Source: Bacteroidia bacterium (GTDB taxonomy: Bacteria > Bacteroidota > Bacteroidia > Bacteroidales > GWA2-32-17). Taken from it: a stretch of 64,000 nucleotides of DNA. The notes below the pieces were generated by a model. It saw only the letters and a list, made by a program, of their open reading frames with translations. It did no database searches and had not been told where the DNA came from. Position 1 is the stretch's first letter, and each line of letters starts with the position of its first letter. Where the stretch lies: NCBI GenBank assembly GCA_016218155.1, contig JACREQ010000111.1, forward strand, positions 31,035 to 95,034. The letters run 5' to 3'. Of the stretch, positions 52,375-62,147 are shown in pieces. The position numbers and the translations under genes are program-made.

Positions 52375-53088
52375 TTAATCGTACATACAGAATTCTATCT
52401 GCATAATTGGTTGCTTTGTCATATTATAGTATAACATTCTTATTATTTTTTTTATCATATTATCATTTCTACTTAAAAAAGAAATATTATACCCTCTTGT
52501 TTCAACATTTTTAAAACCCAATTTTTTAAAAGTATTTTCGAATTCATCAAGTGTATAACTAATCTGATGTCCATCCTGTTCAAAAGAATGACCGCAGTTA
52601 GGGCATATTCTATAAGTTAAAGGCAACTTATGAGGAACAGCACCAACTACCTTACCTCCGTTCTTTAAAAGCTTTTTTAGGTTTTCTACAACTTTAATCA
52701 ATTCGTCATGACGAAAATGTTCAAGCACATGATTTACTAAAACAACATCATACTTAACCTTAACTTCACTTTCATTCATAAGATCCACAACCCTAAAATC
52801 AGCGTTAGCAATTTTTTTTTTCAAAAATTCATCCCTTGTAATTTCAATATTCTTTGGTGAAATATCGGCACCACAGACCCATTTAAAAATTGAAGAAAGT
52901 AACTCTAATGTTTTACCGTTTCCAAAACCAATCTCCATTAAATCACAATTCACTATTTTCTTTTCTTTTAGTAAATCTATAATATAATAATATGTAGGAT
53001 CATTTTTTCCCGACTTTCCTGAATATGCTTCACGACTTACCGTCTGGTATGCATCCCATATCTCCGGTTTATTTGTTTTATTTGCCAT
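52375..53088 (-). CDS. class I SAM-dependent methyltransferase with a Cys/His zinc-ribbon-like insert
   Basis: 237 aa. Motif I is LMEIGFGNGKT, LKNGGKVVG lies later, and a CPNCGHSF element is present. The gene contains an A10 coding homopolymer. Confidence 0.75.
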   Translation of the reverse strand: MANKTNKPEIWDAYQTVSREAYSGKSGKNDPTYYYIIDLLKEKKIVNCDLMEIGFGNGKTLELLSSIFKWVCGADISPKNIEITRDEFLKKKIANADFRVVDLMNESEVKVKYDVVLVNHVLEHFRHDELIKVVENLKKLLKNGGKVVGAVPHKLPLTYRICPNCGHSFEQDGHQISYTLDEFENTFKKLGFKNVETRGYNISFLSRNDNMIKKIIRMLYYNMTKQPIMQIEFCMYD

Positions 53089-53610
53089 TTATTTGTTTTT
53101 AAATTTCGACATAATTATTACATCCTCATATTTATTATTTATAAAAACATGCTCAGCCAAAATTCCTTCTCTTTTAAAACCATTATTTTCATATAATTTA
53201 ATTGCGTTAATATTATTTGACAATACTTCTAAAGTAATTTTGTGTAAATTCAATGTTGCAAAAGCATATTCAACTAAAAGGCTTAATGCTTCTTTACCCA
53301 TTCCTTTCCCTTGATTCTCTTTATCGCCAATAATAATTCCAAAATAACAATTCCGATGAATCCAATTTATTGATTTAAGCATAGTATAACCAATTACTTT
53401 CTCCTTTATATCTGTTATAGTAAAAAAGACTTCATTATTTTGAACATTGTTGGCTACTTTATTGTACCAATTATCATCAAGTTCCTTTGTTACAGGAAAT
53501 GGATGAAGAATAGCCTGATTTTTTATTTCTAAATCATTTCTCCATTGATTGAATAAAGTTAAATCTTCTTTTTCAATCATTCTTAGTTTAACATTTTTTC
53601 CTATGAGCAT
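53089..53610 (-). CDS. GNAT N-acetyltransferase (RimL/PseH-like)
   Basis: 173 aa. It has LRMIEKEDLTLFNQWRND and the acetyl-CoA loop QGKGMGKEAL. Confidence 0.8.
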   Translation of the reverse strand: MLIGKNVKLRMIEKEDLTLFNQWRNDLEIKNQAILHPFPVTKELDDNWYNKVANNVQNNEVFFTITDIKEKVIGYTMLKSINWIHRNCYFGIIIGDKENQGKGMGKEALSLLVEYAFATLNLHKITLEVLSNNINAIKLYENNGFKREGILAEHVFINNKYEDVIIMSKFKNK

Positions 53611-53612
53611 AG

Positions 53613-54797
53613 TTATAATACTTTAATTTTGGATTGTAATATTTCTGAGTATTTTAATGCATTTTCGATAGCAGAATGCCTGTTATTGCTTTTAACAATT
53701 ACAAAACCGGCTCTCTTTGAAGAATCGGTTATTTCTGATGTAAGTTCTCCTTCTTTTAAAAATATATTGGCATGAACTAAATGCTCATCATTAAGTAAGT
53801 CACTCCACTGTTCTACTTTAACTACTGTTTTACCGGCAGGTAAATTCAGATACCTAATTACTGCAGCATTCTCACTTCTTACAGGGACTCCCATAAAATC
53901 ATTCATTGCAATCTGAACAGATAATTTCTCTATATTAATTCCAGTTGACAATGGGACTAAATGGGAGGTAATATAATCACCGCCCAAACGTGCACCAATT
54001 TCAACCATTTTAGGTCCTTTGTTTGTTATTTTAAGCTCAGCATGAGTTGCACAATTATCAAGTTCTAAAGCAATAATAGCTTTTTTAACAATCTCTTCAA
54101 TAGCTTCTTTTTCATAGTCAGAAATATTTGCAGGCTGTATGTGTGCCATTTCTACCGTGTGAGGAAATGGAGTTATTTCTTTTTCTGTTATTTGAATAAC
54201 AAATGTTTTTCCATTGTTAGTAACACTTTCCACACTATATTCATGTCCTTCAATAAACTCTTCAACTATTGCTTTACCTGTTGATGAAAAAGCAACTGTT
54301 AGATTAAAATATCTTTCTAAATCAGCTTTATTCTCTATTCGAAAAACACCTCTGCTCGAGAAAGAATCAACTGGCTTTAAAATTGCAGGAAATAATATAT
54401 TTTTATCATCAATTTCTGACGGAGAATTTATTAAATAACCTTTAGCGCAAGGCACTTTATTTTTAATAAAAGCTTGTTTCATCAGGTATTTATCACGAGC
54501 TCTTTTTATTCCTTCAACTGTTGGAAATCTATATTTTTTTTCTTCTGCCAATTGCGCCATTAACAATAAAGGATTCTCCATTTGGCATGTAACAATACCT
54601 TTAATATTATATTTTTCAGCAATCTCCTTAGTACCTTCATAATCTTTTGGAGCTACAACTTCAAATATATCTGCATATTTTTTTCCTAATGCATTTTCAT
54701 TTGGATCTATAACAATAGTTCTATAACCAAGTTCTTTTGCTCCAGTAATTAAAGTTTTCTGGTTGTCGCCACCCCCAAAGATTAAAATGCTCTCCAT
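53613..54797 (-). CDS. ATP-grasp ligase (L-amino-acid-ligase/amidoligase-like)
   Basis: 394 aa. The pre-ATP-grasp N-terminus ILIFGGGDNQ is followed by FPAILKPVDSFSSRGV, VEEFIEGHEYSVE and EIGARLGGD. Confidence 0.8.
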   Translation of the reverse strand: MESILIFGGGDNQKTLITGAKELGYRTIVIDPNENALGKKYADIFEVVAPKDYEGTKEIAEKYNIKGIVTCQMENPLLLMAQLAEEKKYRFPTVEGIKRARDKYLMKQAFIKNKVPCAKGYLINSPSEIDDKNILFPAILKPVDSFSSRGVFRIENKADLERYFNLTVAFSSTGKAIVEEFIEGHEYSVESVTNNGKTFVIQITEKEITPFPHTVEMAHIQPANISDYEKEAIEEIVKKAIIALELDNCATHAELKITNKGPKMVEIGARLGGDYITSHLVPLSTGINIEKLSVQIAMNDFMGVPVRSENAAVIRYLNLPAGKTVVKVEQWSDLLNDEHLVHANIFLKEGELTSEITDSSKRAGFVIVKSNNRHSAIENALKYSEILQSKIKVL

Positions 54798-54803
54798 TAT
54801 AAA

Positions 54804-55982
54804 CTAAACATTAAATACTTTTTTAACTGCATTAACAACATTCTTTTTTTCACTTTCAGTTAGTGATGGATAAATGGGCAATCTTAACAACCGACTAAAA
54901 AATTCCATACTACCTGGAAAATCTATATCCTGCCCTAAATTTGTATAATATTTATTTCTATGCAACGGGGTATAATGTACATTTGACATAACACCTTCAG
55001 CCCTTAAAGCATCCATAATCCAATATTTTTCTTCAGGTGGAACCAATATTCCAAACAAATGCCAGTTATGCTCTGAACCATCAGTAATTCTCATAAAATC
55101 AAGACCCGTAATGCCCGATAAATGCTCCTTATAATAATGTGCAATACTTTTTCTTTCGGCATTCATACTATCAAGTTTTTTTAGCTGCGAAAGTCCTAAT
55201 GCACCTAAAATATTAGACTGTACATAAGAATTCCCTATATCAACGTATTCGTAAAAACCTCTTGTTTTATTATCTGTAAGAAATGAATATTTATCAGTTC
55301 CTTTCTCCCTCATTATTTTAATCCTGTCTGCTATTTCGTCAGAGTTAGTTGTTACGGCACCACCTTCACCTGATGTCAGGTTTTTTGTGCCATGAAAACT
55401 AAAAGTAGAAACATCTGCCAATGCACCTGTTTTTACACCACGATAAACAGAACCAATTGATTGCGCAGTATCGTGAACGACATATAAATTATTTCTTCTT
55501 GCTATTTTGTTAATTTCATCCATTTCTGCCGGAATACCGCCATAATCAACTGGTGCAATAGCAACAGTTTTTTCAGTAATTAATGCTTCGAGTTTTGAAA
55601 TATCTAAACTACCATTATCTGAATAGACATCAGCAAGAACTACTTTTAAATTATTGTAAATAGCACCAAGTGCAGTAGAAGTATATGTAAAATCGGGAAT
55701 AATAACTTCACTGCCTTCTTTAAAATTTTTTACTCTGAACGCAAGCTCCAATGCACTTGTTGCAGAATTAACAAATAGTACATGTTTTACTCCTAGATAT
55801 TCTGCCATTTCTTTTTCAAATTCCCTGCAAGCAGGACCATCACCTGAAACAAAAGTAGATCTTAAGGCCTTATCAACAGCCTCATAATCATCTTCCTGTA
55901 AAAACGGCTTGTGAATTAGTATGGGTTCGTTTGAAATAGGCTTACCACCATTAATAGCTAATGCCGGATCGTTTTTTTTCAT
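54804..55982 (-). CDS. DegT/DnrJ/EryC1/StrS-family sugar aminotransferase
   Basis: 392 aa. It has HDTAQSIGS and the PLP-Lys block SFHGTKNLTSGEGGA. Confidence 0.85.
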   Translation of the reverse strand: MKKNDPALAINGGKPISNEPILIHKPFLQEDDYEAVDKALRSTFVSGDGPACREFEKEMAEYLGVKHVLFVNSATSALELAFRVKNFKEGSEVIIPDFTYTSTALGAIYNNLKVVLADVYSDNGSLDISKLEALITEKTVAIAPVDYGGIPAEMDEINKIARRNNLYVVHDTAQSIGSVYRGVKTGALADVSTFSFHGTKNLTSGEGGAVTTNSDEIADRIKIMREKGTDKYSFLTDNKTRGFYEYVDIGNSYVQSNILGALGLSQLKKLDSMNAERKSIAHYYKEHLSGITGLDFMRITDGSEHNWHLFGILVPPEEKYWIMDALRAEGVMSNVHYTPLHRNKYYTNLGQDIDFPGSMEFFSRLLRLPIYPSLTESEKKNVVNAVKKVFNV

Positions 55983-56060
55983 TTATTTCAATTTTATTTT
56001 TCAATTAATGTATTTTAATAATTACAATCTAAAGAAGTTTTTTAGACTTTACATACAAAA

Positions 56061-56975
56061 CTAAATAGTTCTATAATGGGAATAATATTCATAAAAATTG
56101 AATACCCTTATTAATTCATCAATTCCCTGCTCAATTGTTTTATTTGGTTTATATCCTAACTTTTCAATTTTATCAAACGAAACAATAAAGTGTCTTAAAT
56201 CTTTATCTTTAATATCAGAATCAATAATATTAAAATCTACTTTTTGTTTTATCAGATTTGCTATTTCTAATTTTGAATAATTTAAATTATTTCCTCCTGC
56301 ATTAAAAATCTGACCCTTCATTTTTTCAAAATTATTTAATGCAAACAAATAACAATTTACAGCATCGTCAACATGAATAAACGTTCTTTTGGCAAAGCTA
56401 TCAAAAAGAACAACTACATGTTCTTTCATAGCTTTATATGTAAAATCGTTAACCATAAGATCCATTCTCATTTTTGGGCTAGGTCCGAATACAGTAGCAA
56501 ATCTCAAGCTAATAGAATTCTCTCTGTCAGACACAATTTTTTCTGCATCATACTTTGTAATTCCATATGTACTAACCGGATCAACCGATGTGTTTTCATC
56601 ACATGCAACACCAGACCTTCCATAAAAAGAAGTAGTAGAAGCATTAATTAATATTTGTTGTTTTGAAAGATTTTTTACTAATATTTTTGTTGCCTCAACA
56701 TTAATCAAAATAGCAGAACTTGGATTAGCTGCACAAGCAGGAAATCCGCTAATACCGGCTAAATGAAACACCACATCATAACTATGAAGATTTTTTATTT
56801 CATTTCTTATATCAGATTTCAATACAGTCAAATTTGGATATTCTGTAAGAAAAAGAAATGGCTCAAAACCATACATAAAATTATCTAATACCGTAACATC
56901 ATATTTTGCTTCTAACAAAGCTCTTGTTAGTTTAATGCCTTTATATCCGGCTCCTCCTGTGATAAGAATTTTCAT
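56061..56975 (-). CDS. NAD-dependent epimerase/dehydratase (extended SDR)
   Basis: 304 aa. It has MKILITGGAGYKG (GxxGxxG) and the catalytic YGITK. Confidence 0.85.
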   Translation of the reverse strand: MKILITGGAGYKGIKLTRALLEAKYDVTVLDNFMYGFEPFLFLTEYPNLTVLKSDIRNEIKNLHSYDVVFHLAGISGFPACAANPSSAILINVEATKILVKNLSKQQILINASTTSFYGRSGVACDENTSVDPVSTYGITKYDAEKIVSDRENSISLRFATVFGPSPKMRMDLMVNDFTYKAMKEHVVVLFDSFAKRTFIHVDDAVNCYLFALNNFEKMKGQIFNAGGNNLNYSKLEIANLIKQKVDFNIIDSDIKDKDLRHFIVSFDKIEKLGYKPNKTIEQGIDELIRVFNFYEYYSHYRTI

Positions 56976-57027
56976 AATATTATAATTGTTAATTATTTTA
57001 CATTTGAAAGAAATCGCTTTAAAAATT

Positions 57028-58254
57028 TCAACAATTTAATGCATTTATATATTTAATATACTCAGTTGCTACTGCATCCCATGTTTTATTTTTTACTGTT
57101 TCAGAAATTTCTTTACTCGAATATTTTTTCTTCTTAAGGGTTTCCAACAATTTTGCAATTGTTAAAACATCCTTCCCATTAATAAAAACAGAATTTATTT
57201 CATTTAACAAATTACCTTCTTTAGCAATTGGTAAATCTGAAGGAACTATAACAGGAACTCCACAAGCAATGCTTTCAATGTTTACCATACCAAATCCTTC
57301 CATAATGGATGGTTGTATTAAAAAATCACATTGCACAAAATAAGTTGAAAGTTGTGCTTGTGATATATAACCAAGATATTTAAAAGTTATAGATTGACTT
57401 TTAGCAAACTCATCCATATCCTTGGCTAAATTATTTGGATCATAACCTATACAAATAAATTCAAAGCGAGTTGGCTCTTTACACATTGAAATAGCTTGTA
57501 GAACTCTATTCTGACCTTTATTTTCATTTAAAACACCAACAGAAAGCAGCCTTATTTTATTCTCATTTTTTTTCTCAAGATTAACAACTGGTACAACTCC
57601 TGGATTAAATAAGACAGGATCAAATCCATTATTAAAGACTGCTTTATTCTCCTGACTTACATTGTATTTAGCACACCACTCTAATAGGTTCTCATGTGAA
57701 AGAAAATTAAATCCATCCCAAGTTTGAGTTGATATTTCTTTTTCAAGGTTTATTAATTGTTTATAATTTTTATGCTGATAAGCTTTTGTATTTAAACCAT
57801 GAATTCGAATAATTTTTTTAAACTTCATTTTTAAATTTAAATTATTAAGAACAACTCCGGCAAGCGCACCATGTACATGAACAATGTCCGGCTTTTTCAT
57901 TTTTATATAATAATGAAACATACAAAAAAGTTTAAATGCAGTAAATCTAGTTAAACCACATTGAAAAATATCTTTTTTTGAGATTTTATAATACTTTAAA
58001 AATGTTGATAGTGAATGAAAAAATAATGAAAAAATAATTCTAAAATGAAACCCATTAATTTGCATTCCATCTACACAAACTCTCCTTTTATTTAAATCAG
58101 TTGCAATATAATGTGTGTCAAATGACTCTTTTTCTTTCAAACAAATTGCATAATGTAAATTATATGTAGCATAAGCAATACCTCCTTTATTTGTTCCACC
58201 TTTTGAATATGGTAACAATCCAAAAACAAGCATCAAAGGATACTCTCTAAACAT
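57028..58254 (-). CDS. family 4 (GT-B) glycosyltransferase
   Basis: 408 aa. The C-terminal block is PSIMEGFGMVNIESIACGVPVIV. Confidence 0.8.
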   Translation of the reverse strand: MFREYPLMLVFGLLPYSKGGTNKGGIAYATYNLHYAICLKEKESFDTHYIATDLNKRRVCVDGMQINGFHFRIIFSLFFHSLSTFLKYYKISKKDIFQCGLTRFTAFKLFCMFHYYIKMKKPDIVHVHGALAGVVLNNLNLKMKFKKIIRIHGLNTKAYQHKNYKQLINLEKEISTQTWDGFNFLSHENLLEWCAKYNVSQENKAVFNNGFDPVLFNPGVVPVVNLEKKNENKIRLLSVGVLNENKGQNRVLQAISMCKEPTRFEFICIGYDPNNLAKDMDEFAKSQSITFKYLGYISQAQLSTYFVQCDFLIQPSIMEGFGMVNIESIACGVPVIVPSDLPIAKEGNLLNEINSVFINGKDVLTIAKLLETLKKKKYSSKEISETVKNKTWDAVATEYIKYINALNC

Positions 58255-58945
58255 TATTTAGTCTTGCTTTAAATAAGAATTCTGCAAATAGAAAATCAAA
58301 CGCATTATCAATATCAACAGACCTTTCAACAGGCATAATATATGCTTTTGTACTTTTACCTAAAAATCCTTTATTAAAAAAATACTCATCCATTTCTGAT
58401 ATATATATTGCTCCATTTATTCTGTAATAAATTGGCAAATCCTGTGAACGTTTTCCCTTTACTTCAGGTTTTATAAAATCAGCCATACTTTTATTTTCAG
58501 GAAGTACATTTGCCCATAAAGGAGAATGTTCCATTTCAGAAACAGAAACAATTGACTTTACTTCATCATTTAACATTTCAATTGAATTATCAATATCCTC
58601 TGAAGTTCGAAGTGGAGAAGTAGGTTGCAATAGTAAAATATAATTAAATTTTTCATTAATATATTTTATAACATGATTTAAAACAATTATAGAATCAGCA
58701 TTATCAGTTGCAAGTTCTGATGGTCTAATAAATGGAACTTCTGCTCCATATTCTAATGAAATTCTCTTAATCTCTTCCGAATCAGTTGATACAATTAATC
58801 TATCAATATATTTAGATCCTTTTCCAGATTCAATTGTCTTAGAAATTAAAGGACTACCCGCAAAATCTAACATATTCTTGTTTAACAATCGTTTGCTAGC
58901 GGCTCTTGCAGTAATAATTGCTAATATTTTCTTACCATTATACAT
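58247..58945 (-). CDS. neuA: acylneuraminate (nonulosonate) cytidylyltransferase, CMP-NulO synthetase
   Basis: 232 aa. The N-terminus KKILAIITARAASKRLLNKN and the block LLLQPTSPLR are typical of the CMP-NeuAc/CMP-Leg synthetase family. Confidence 0.85.
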   Translation of the reverse strand: MYNGKKILAIITARAASKRLLNKNMLDFAGSPLISKTIESGKGSKYIDRLIVSTDSEEIKRISLEYGAEVPFIRPSELATDNADSIIVLNHVIKYINEKFNYILLLQPTSPLRTSEDIDNSIEMLNDEVKSIVSVSEMEHSPLWANVLPENKSMADFIKPEVKGKRSQDLPIYYRINGAIYISEMDEYFFNKGFLGKSTKAYIMPVERSVDIDNAFDFLFAEFLFKARLNNV

Positions 58946-58969
58946 CTTTATTGTAAATAGTTATAACAA

Positions 58970-60019
58970 TTAATCAAATTTTAGTTTATAAATATCATTT
59001 TTTGCTTTTTCAAAATCATCTTTATTGCCGATATCAAGCCAATATGCAGATAAAGGATACGAAATAACTTTTTTGCCTTCTTTTATTAATTTCTCCATTA
59101 AATCTGTGGTATTGTAAAAAGTGTCTTTGGGAAAATATTTAAACACAGATTTTTTCATCAAATAAATTCCTCCATTTGAATAGTAGGTATAGGTTGGTTT
59201 TTCTTTAAAATCCAAAATATGACCATTACTAGTTTCCAAAACTGCATAAGGTATATTAACTTGATATGGAATTGTAACAACAGTCATATCTGCATCCTGA
59301 TTTATAAAATCTAGAAAAAAATGTTCATAATCAATGTTTGTAAGCAAATCAGAATTAACAACAAGAATATTATCATGTTCAAAATTTTCTATTTTGGAAA
59401 TTGCGCCAATAGTTCCCATAGGTTTATCTTCTCTTACATATTGAATAATAACATTACGATCATTTCCATTTCCAAAATATTTCTCAATTTGTTCTCCCAA
59501 ATAATTAACAGAAATCCAAAAATCATCTATTCCAAATAAAGACAAACGATTTAAATTGTGTTCTAGTATTGGCTTATCACCTACTATTAATAAAGGCTTT
59601 GGTATGGTATCGGTAAATGGACGAAGCCTTTCACCTCTACCCCCAGCCATAATAACAGCATCAACCGGAAGATATGATTTAATTTCTCGGAAATTAATAA
59701 CATTAACTACATGATTTTCTTTATCTAGTATTGGAATAATTCTAAAGTTGTTTTCGCGATATTCAATTACTTTTGATAAATCATTCTCACCTTTTCTAAT
59801 AAACCGAGGATTTTTCTGAATAATTTCATCCACAACATTACTAATACCATAACCTTTTAACAAACCACGTCTGACATCGCCATCGGTTAAAGAACCGATT
59901 AGTTTATCCTCTTCATTAACAATAAATAAAATTGCATCTTTAGCAAGAATATCCAATTGACTTAAAGCATCTTTTACAAGGCTCCCTTTTTTTAATAAAT
60001 GCTTATTGAAAGATCTCAT
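58970..60019 (-). CDS. CBS-domain nucleotidyltransferase (PtmE-like sugar-1-phosphate nucleotidylyltransferase)
   Basis: 349 aa. An N-terminal CBS pair (LIGSLTDGDVRRGLL) is joined to the NTP-transferase block AVIMAGGRGERLRPFTDTIPKPLL. Confidence 0.8.
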   Translation of the reverse strand: MRSFNKHLLKKGSLVKDALSQLDILAKDAILFIVNEEDKLIGSLTDGDVRRGLLKGYGISNVVDEIIQKNPRFIRKGENDLSKVIEYRENNFRIIPILDKENHVVNVINFREIKSYLPVDAVIMAGGRGERLRPFTDTIPKPLLIVGDKPILEHNLNRLSLFGIDDFWISVNYLGEQIEKYFGNGNDRNVIIQYVREDKPMGTIGAISKIENFEHDNILVVNSDLLTNIDYEHFFLDFINQDADMTVVTIPYQVNIPYAVLETSNGHILDFKEKPTYTYYSNGGIYLMKKSVFKYFPKDTFYNTTDLMEKLIKEGKKVISYPLSAYWLDIGNKDDFEKAKNDIYKLKFD

Positions 60020-61119
60020 TTATTTATTTTTAAAATACTAATTATTTTTTCTGCAGCATTACCATCCCCATATAAATTTACACTTAATGGAGGTGGTAAT
60101 TTTTCAATAACATTAACTGTTGTTAAGATATTTTTCTTTGAACAATTTATAGAGTAAATATTAGGGGTTAAAATTCTACCTTTTTGTCTGTCACCAATAT
60201 TAATAACATATTTTGGAAAATATGAGGCTTCAACAAAACCGCTTGATGTGTTTCCTAATAAAAAACTACAATATTTCATGCAAGATAAATAACCCTTCAT
60301 CCCAAATGACTCAATAAGAATTATTTTATTTTTGTTTAATGCAAATTCTTCTATTTTATTTCTGACCATTAAACCCATTGTATCAGAATTTGGCATTGTT
60401 ATAACAATTTGGTATTTCTCCATTAATACCTCTATAGAAGCTAATAATTCAGAAATATAAATTTCATTTTTTTCTAATGAAACGGTTTCCGGATGAAATG
60501 TTGTTAGTATAGTTGGTTTATTTAAATCAATATTAAATTGCTTTTTAAAATCATCAATATTATATAATTCAACATTTTTTAAATTATCAATACTAAGAGC
60601 TCCAACATTAAACACATTTTGGTGCTTATCAGTAATCTCTAAAGCTCTTTTTTTATACACTTCTGTAGAAACAAAGATAAAATCAGACATTAATGAAATA
60701 CTATGTCTGTATGAATTATCTATTGCACCTAATGTAGTCTCTCCACCATATAAATGTACAAATTTTACATTAAAAGGAGATCCAGCAACAACAGCAGCAA
60801 ACATTTCATATCTATCCCCTATAGCAAAAATTATATCAAATTTATTATTACTCCAAAAATCTGCAAACACTTTAATTGTTTCGCCAATTGAAGAAGAAAT
60901 TTCTAAAGGAGAATCACCTGCTGCAGTAGTAACGATTTGATGATTTACCTTAAAGTTATTGCTTAAAATTTCACTTATTGTTTTACCATGAACATCTGAT
61001 AAATGAGTACCAAAAGCAATTATCTCTGATTGAAAAAAATTATCAGCAAATATCTTTTTTAGTAATGGCAAATAAATACCAAAATCAGCTCTAGAACTTG
61101 TAAGTATACCTACTTTCAT
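60016..61119 (-). CDS. neuC: hydrolysing NDP-N-acetylhexosamine 2-epimerase (NeuC/LegG family)
   Basis: 367 aa. The N-terminus MKVGILTSSRADFGIYLPLLKKI and the block GDRYEMFAA are typical of NeuC. Confidence 0.85.
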   Translation of the reverse strand: MKVGILTSSRADFGIYLPLLKKIFADNFFQSEIIAFGTHLSDVHGKTISEILSNNFKVNHQIVTTAAGDSPLEISSSIGETIKVFADFWSNNKFDIIFAIGDRYEMFAAVVAGSPFNVKFVHLYGGETTLGAIDNSYRHSISLMSDFIFVSTEVYKKRALEITDKHQNVFNVGALSIDNLKNVELYNIDDFKKQFNIDLNKPTILTTFHPETVSLEKNEIYISELLASIEVLMEKYQIVITMPNSDTMGLMVRNKIEEFALNKNKIILIESFGMKGYLSCMKYCSFLLGNTSSGFVEASYFPKYVINIGDRQKGRILTPNIYSINCSKKNILTTVNVIEKLPPPLSVNLYGDGNAAEKIISILKINK

Positions 61120-61133
61120 TTAGATTTTTTTTA

Positions 61134-62135
61134 TTAAATTTCAATAATCTCATCTTCCTGAAAGTCTCTTCCGGCTTCCCTTCCAATTATATCATCCCAA
61201 TGCATAGGGCTTATACCAATACCAGGCCTCTTAATTATTATGTTTTTATCAGTAAACACTTCTCCCTTTCTAATAAAACTGGCAGCATAAATACTTTTTC
61301 TTGCAACTGTAATATTTTTTATTTCAGAAACTGATGGTTTTTTTACTCCATTTCCTAATGCCTTTTCTACATTTCTAATTGACTCAACCATTATTTTTAG
61401 TTCATTAGGTGATAAGCTTGCTTTATGATCAGGACCTTCCATATTTTTATCCAGTGTAAAATGCTTTTCAATTACTTCAGCACCCATAGCAACTGCAGCT
61501 ATAGGAATCTCAATTCCTGATGTATGGTCAGAATATCCAATTTTAACGCATAACTTATCTTTGATTGTAATCATTGCTTTTAAATTAACATCATACATGG
61601 GTGTAGGATATTCAGTATTACAATGAAGAACAGTAATTTTCTTCTTGGGAGTTCCTGCTTTTACTAAAATATTAATTGCACTTTCTATTTCTTTCATTTC
61701 GCTCATTCCTGTTGAGAGAATTACTTCCTTTTTTAGTGAGCCAATTTTTTTTAAAAGTAGTAAGTTGGTAATTTCACCAGAGGCTATTTTAAAAACTCTC
61801 ATATTTATGCTATTAAGAAAATCAACACTTGGTAAATCAAAAGGAGTAGACAAAAATTCTATCCCAATAAACTTACAATAGTCGTTTAATTTTTTAAATG
61901 AATCGTATGACAATTCTAGATTTTTTGCCATTTGATATTGAGTCTCATTTACATCAGTGCCTTCAAGTTGATATAATGCTTTTTTTGCAGATTTTGTAAT
62001 TGTTAAATCAGCATTAAAAGTTTGAAACTTTATTGCATCAACTCTTGCTAAGAAAGCTTCGTCAATCATTCTTTTTGCCAATTCAAAAGAACCATTGTGG
62101 TTAACTCCAGCTTCAGCAATTATAAAAGTTCTCAT
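61134..62135 (-). CDS. neuB: nonulosonic acid synthase (NeuB/LegI family)
   Basis: 333 aa. It has FIIAEAGVNHNGS, DAIKFQTF and SDHT, plus a C-terminal SAF-like domain. Confidence 0.9.
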   Translation of the reverse strand: MRTFIIAEAGVNHNGSFELAKRMIDEAFLARVDAIKFQTFNADLTITKSAKKALYQLEGTDVNETQYQMAKNLELSYDSFKKLNDYCKFIGIEFLSTPFDLPSVDFLNSINMRVFKIASGEITNLLLLKKIGSLKKEVILSTGMSEMKEIESAINILVKAGTPKKKITVLHCNTEYPTPMYDVNLKAMITIKDKLCVKIGYSDHTSGIEIPIAAVAMGAEVIEKHFTLDKNMEGPDHKASLSPNELKIMVESIRNVEKALGNGVKKPSVSEIKNITVARKSIYAASFIRKGEVFTDKNIIIKRPGIGISPMHWDDIIGREAGRDFQEDEIIEI

Positions 62136-62147
62136 ATTAAAGAGTTC

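Noticed and set aside
53089-56975. Interpretation of the SDR/aminotransferase/GNAT genes as a pseudaminic acid (PseB/C/H) pathway
   Set aside because: The window has no PseG-like hydrolase and no second NeuB-family synthase. The SDR is shorter (304 aa) than typical PseB, and an ATP-grasp gene interrupts the set. I therefore kept it as a separate, undefined modification cassette.
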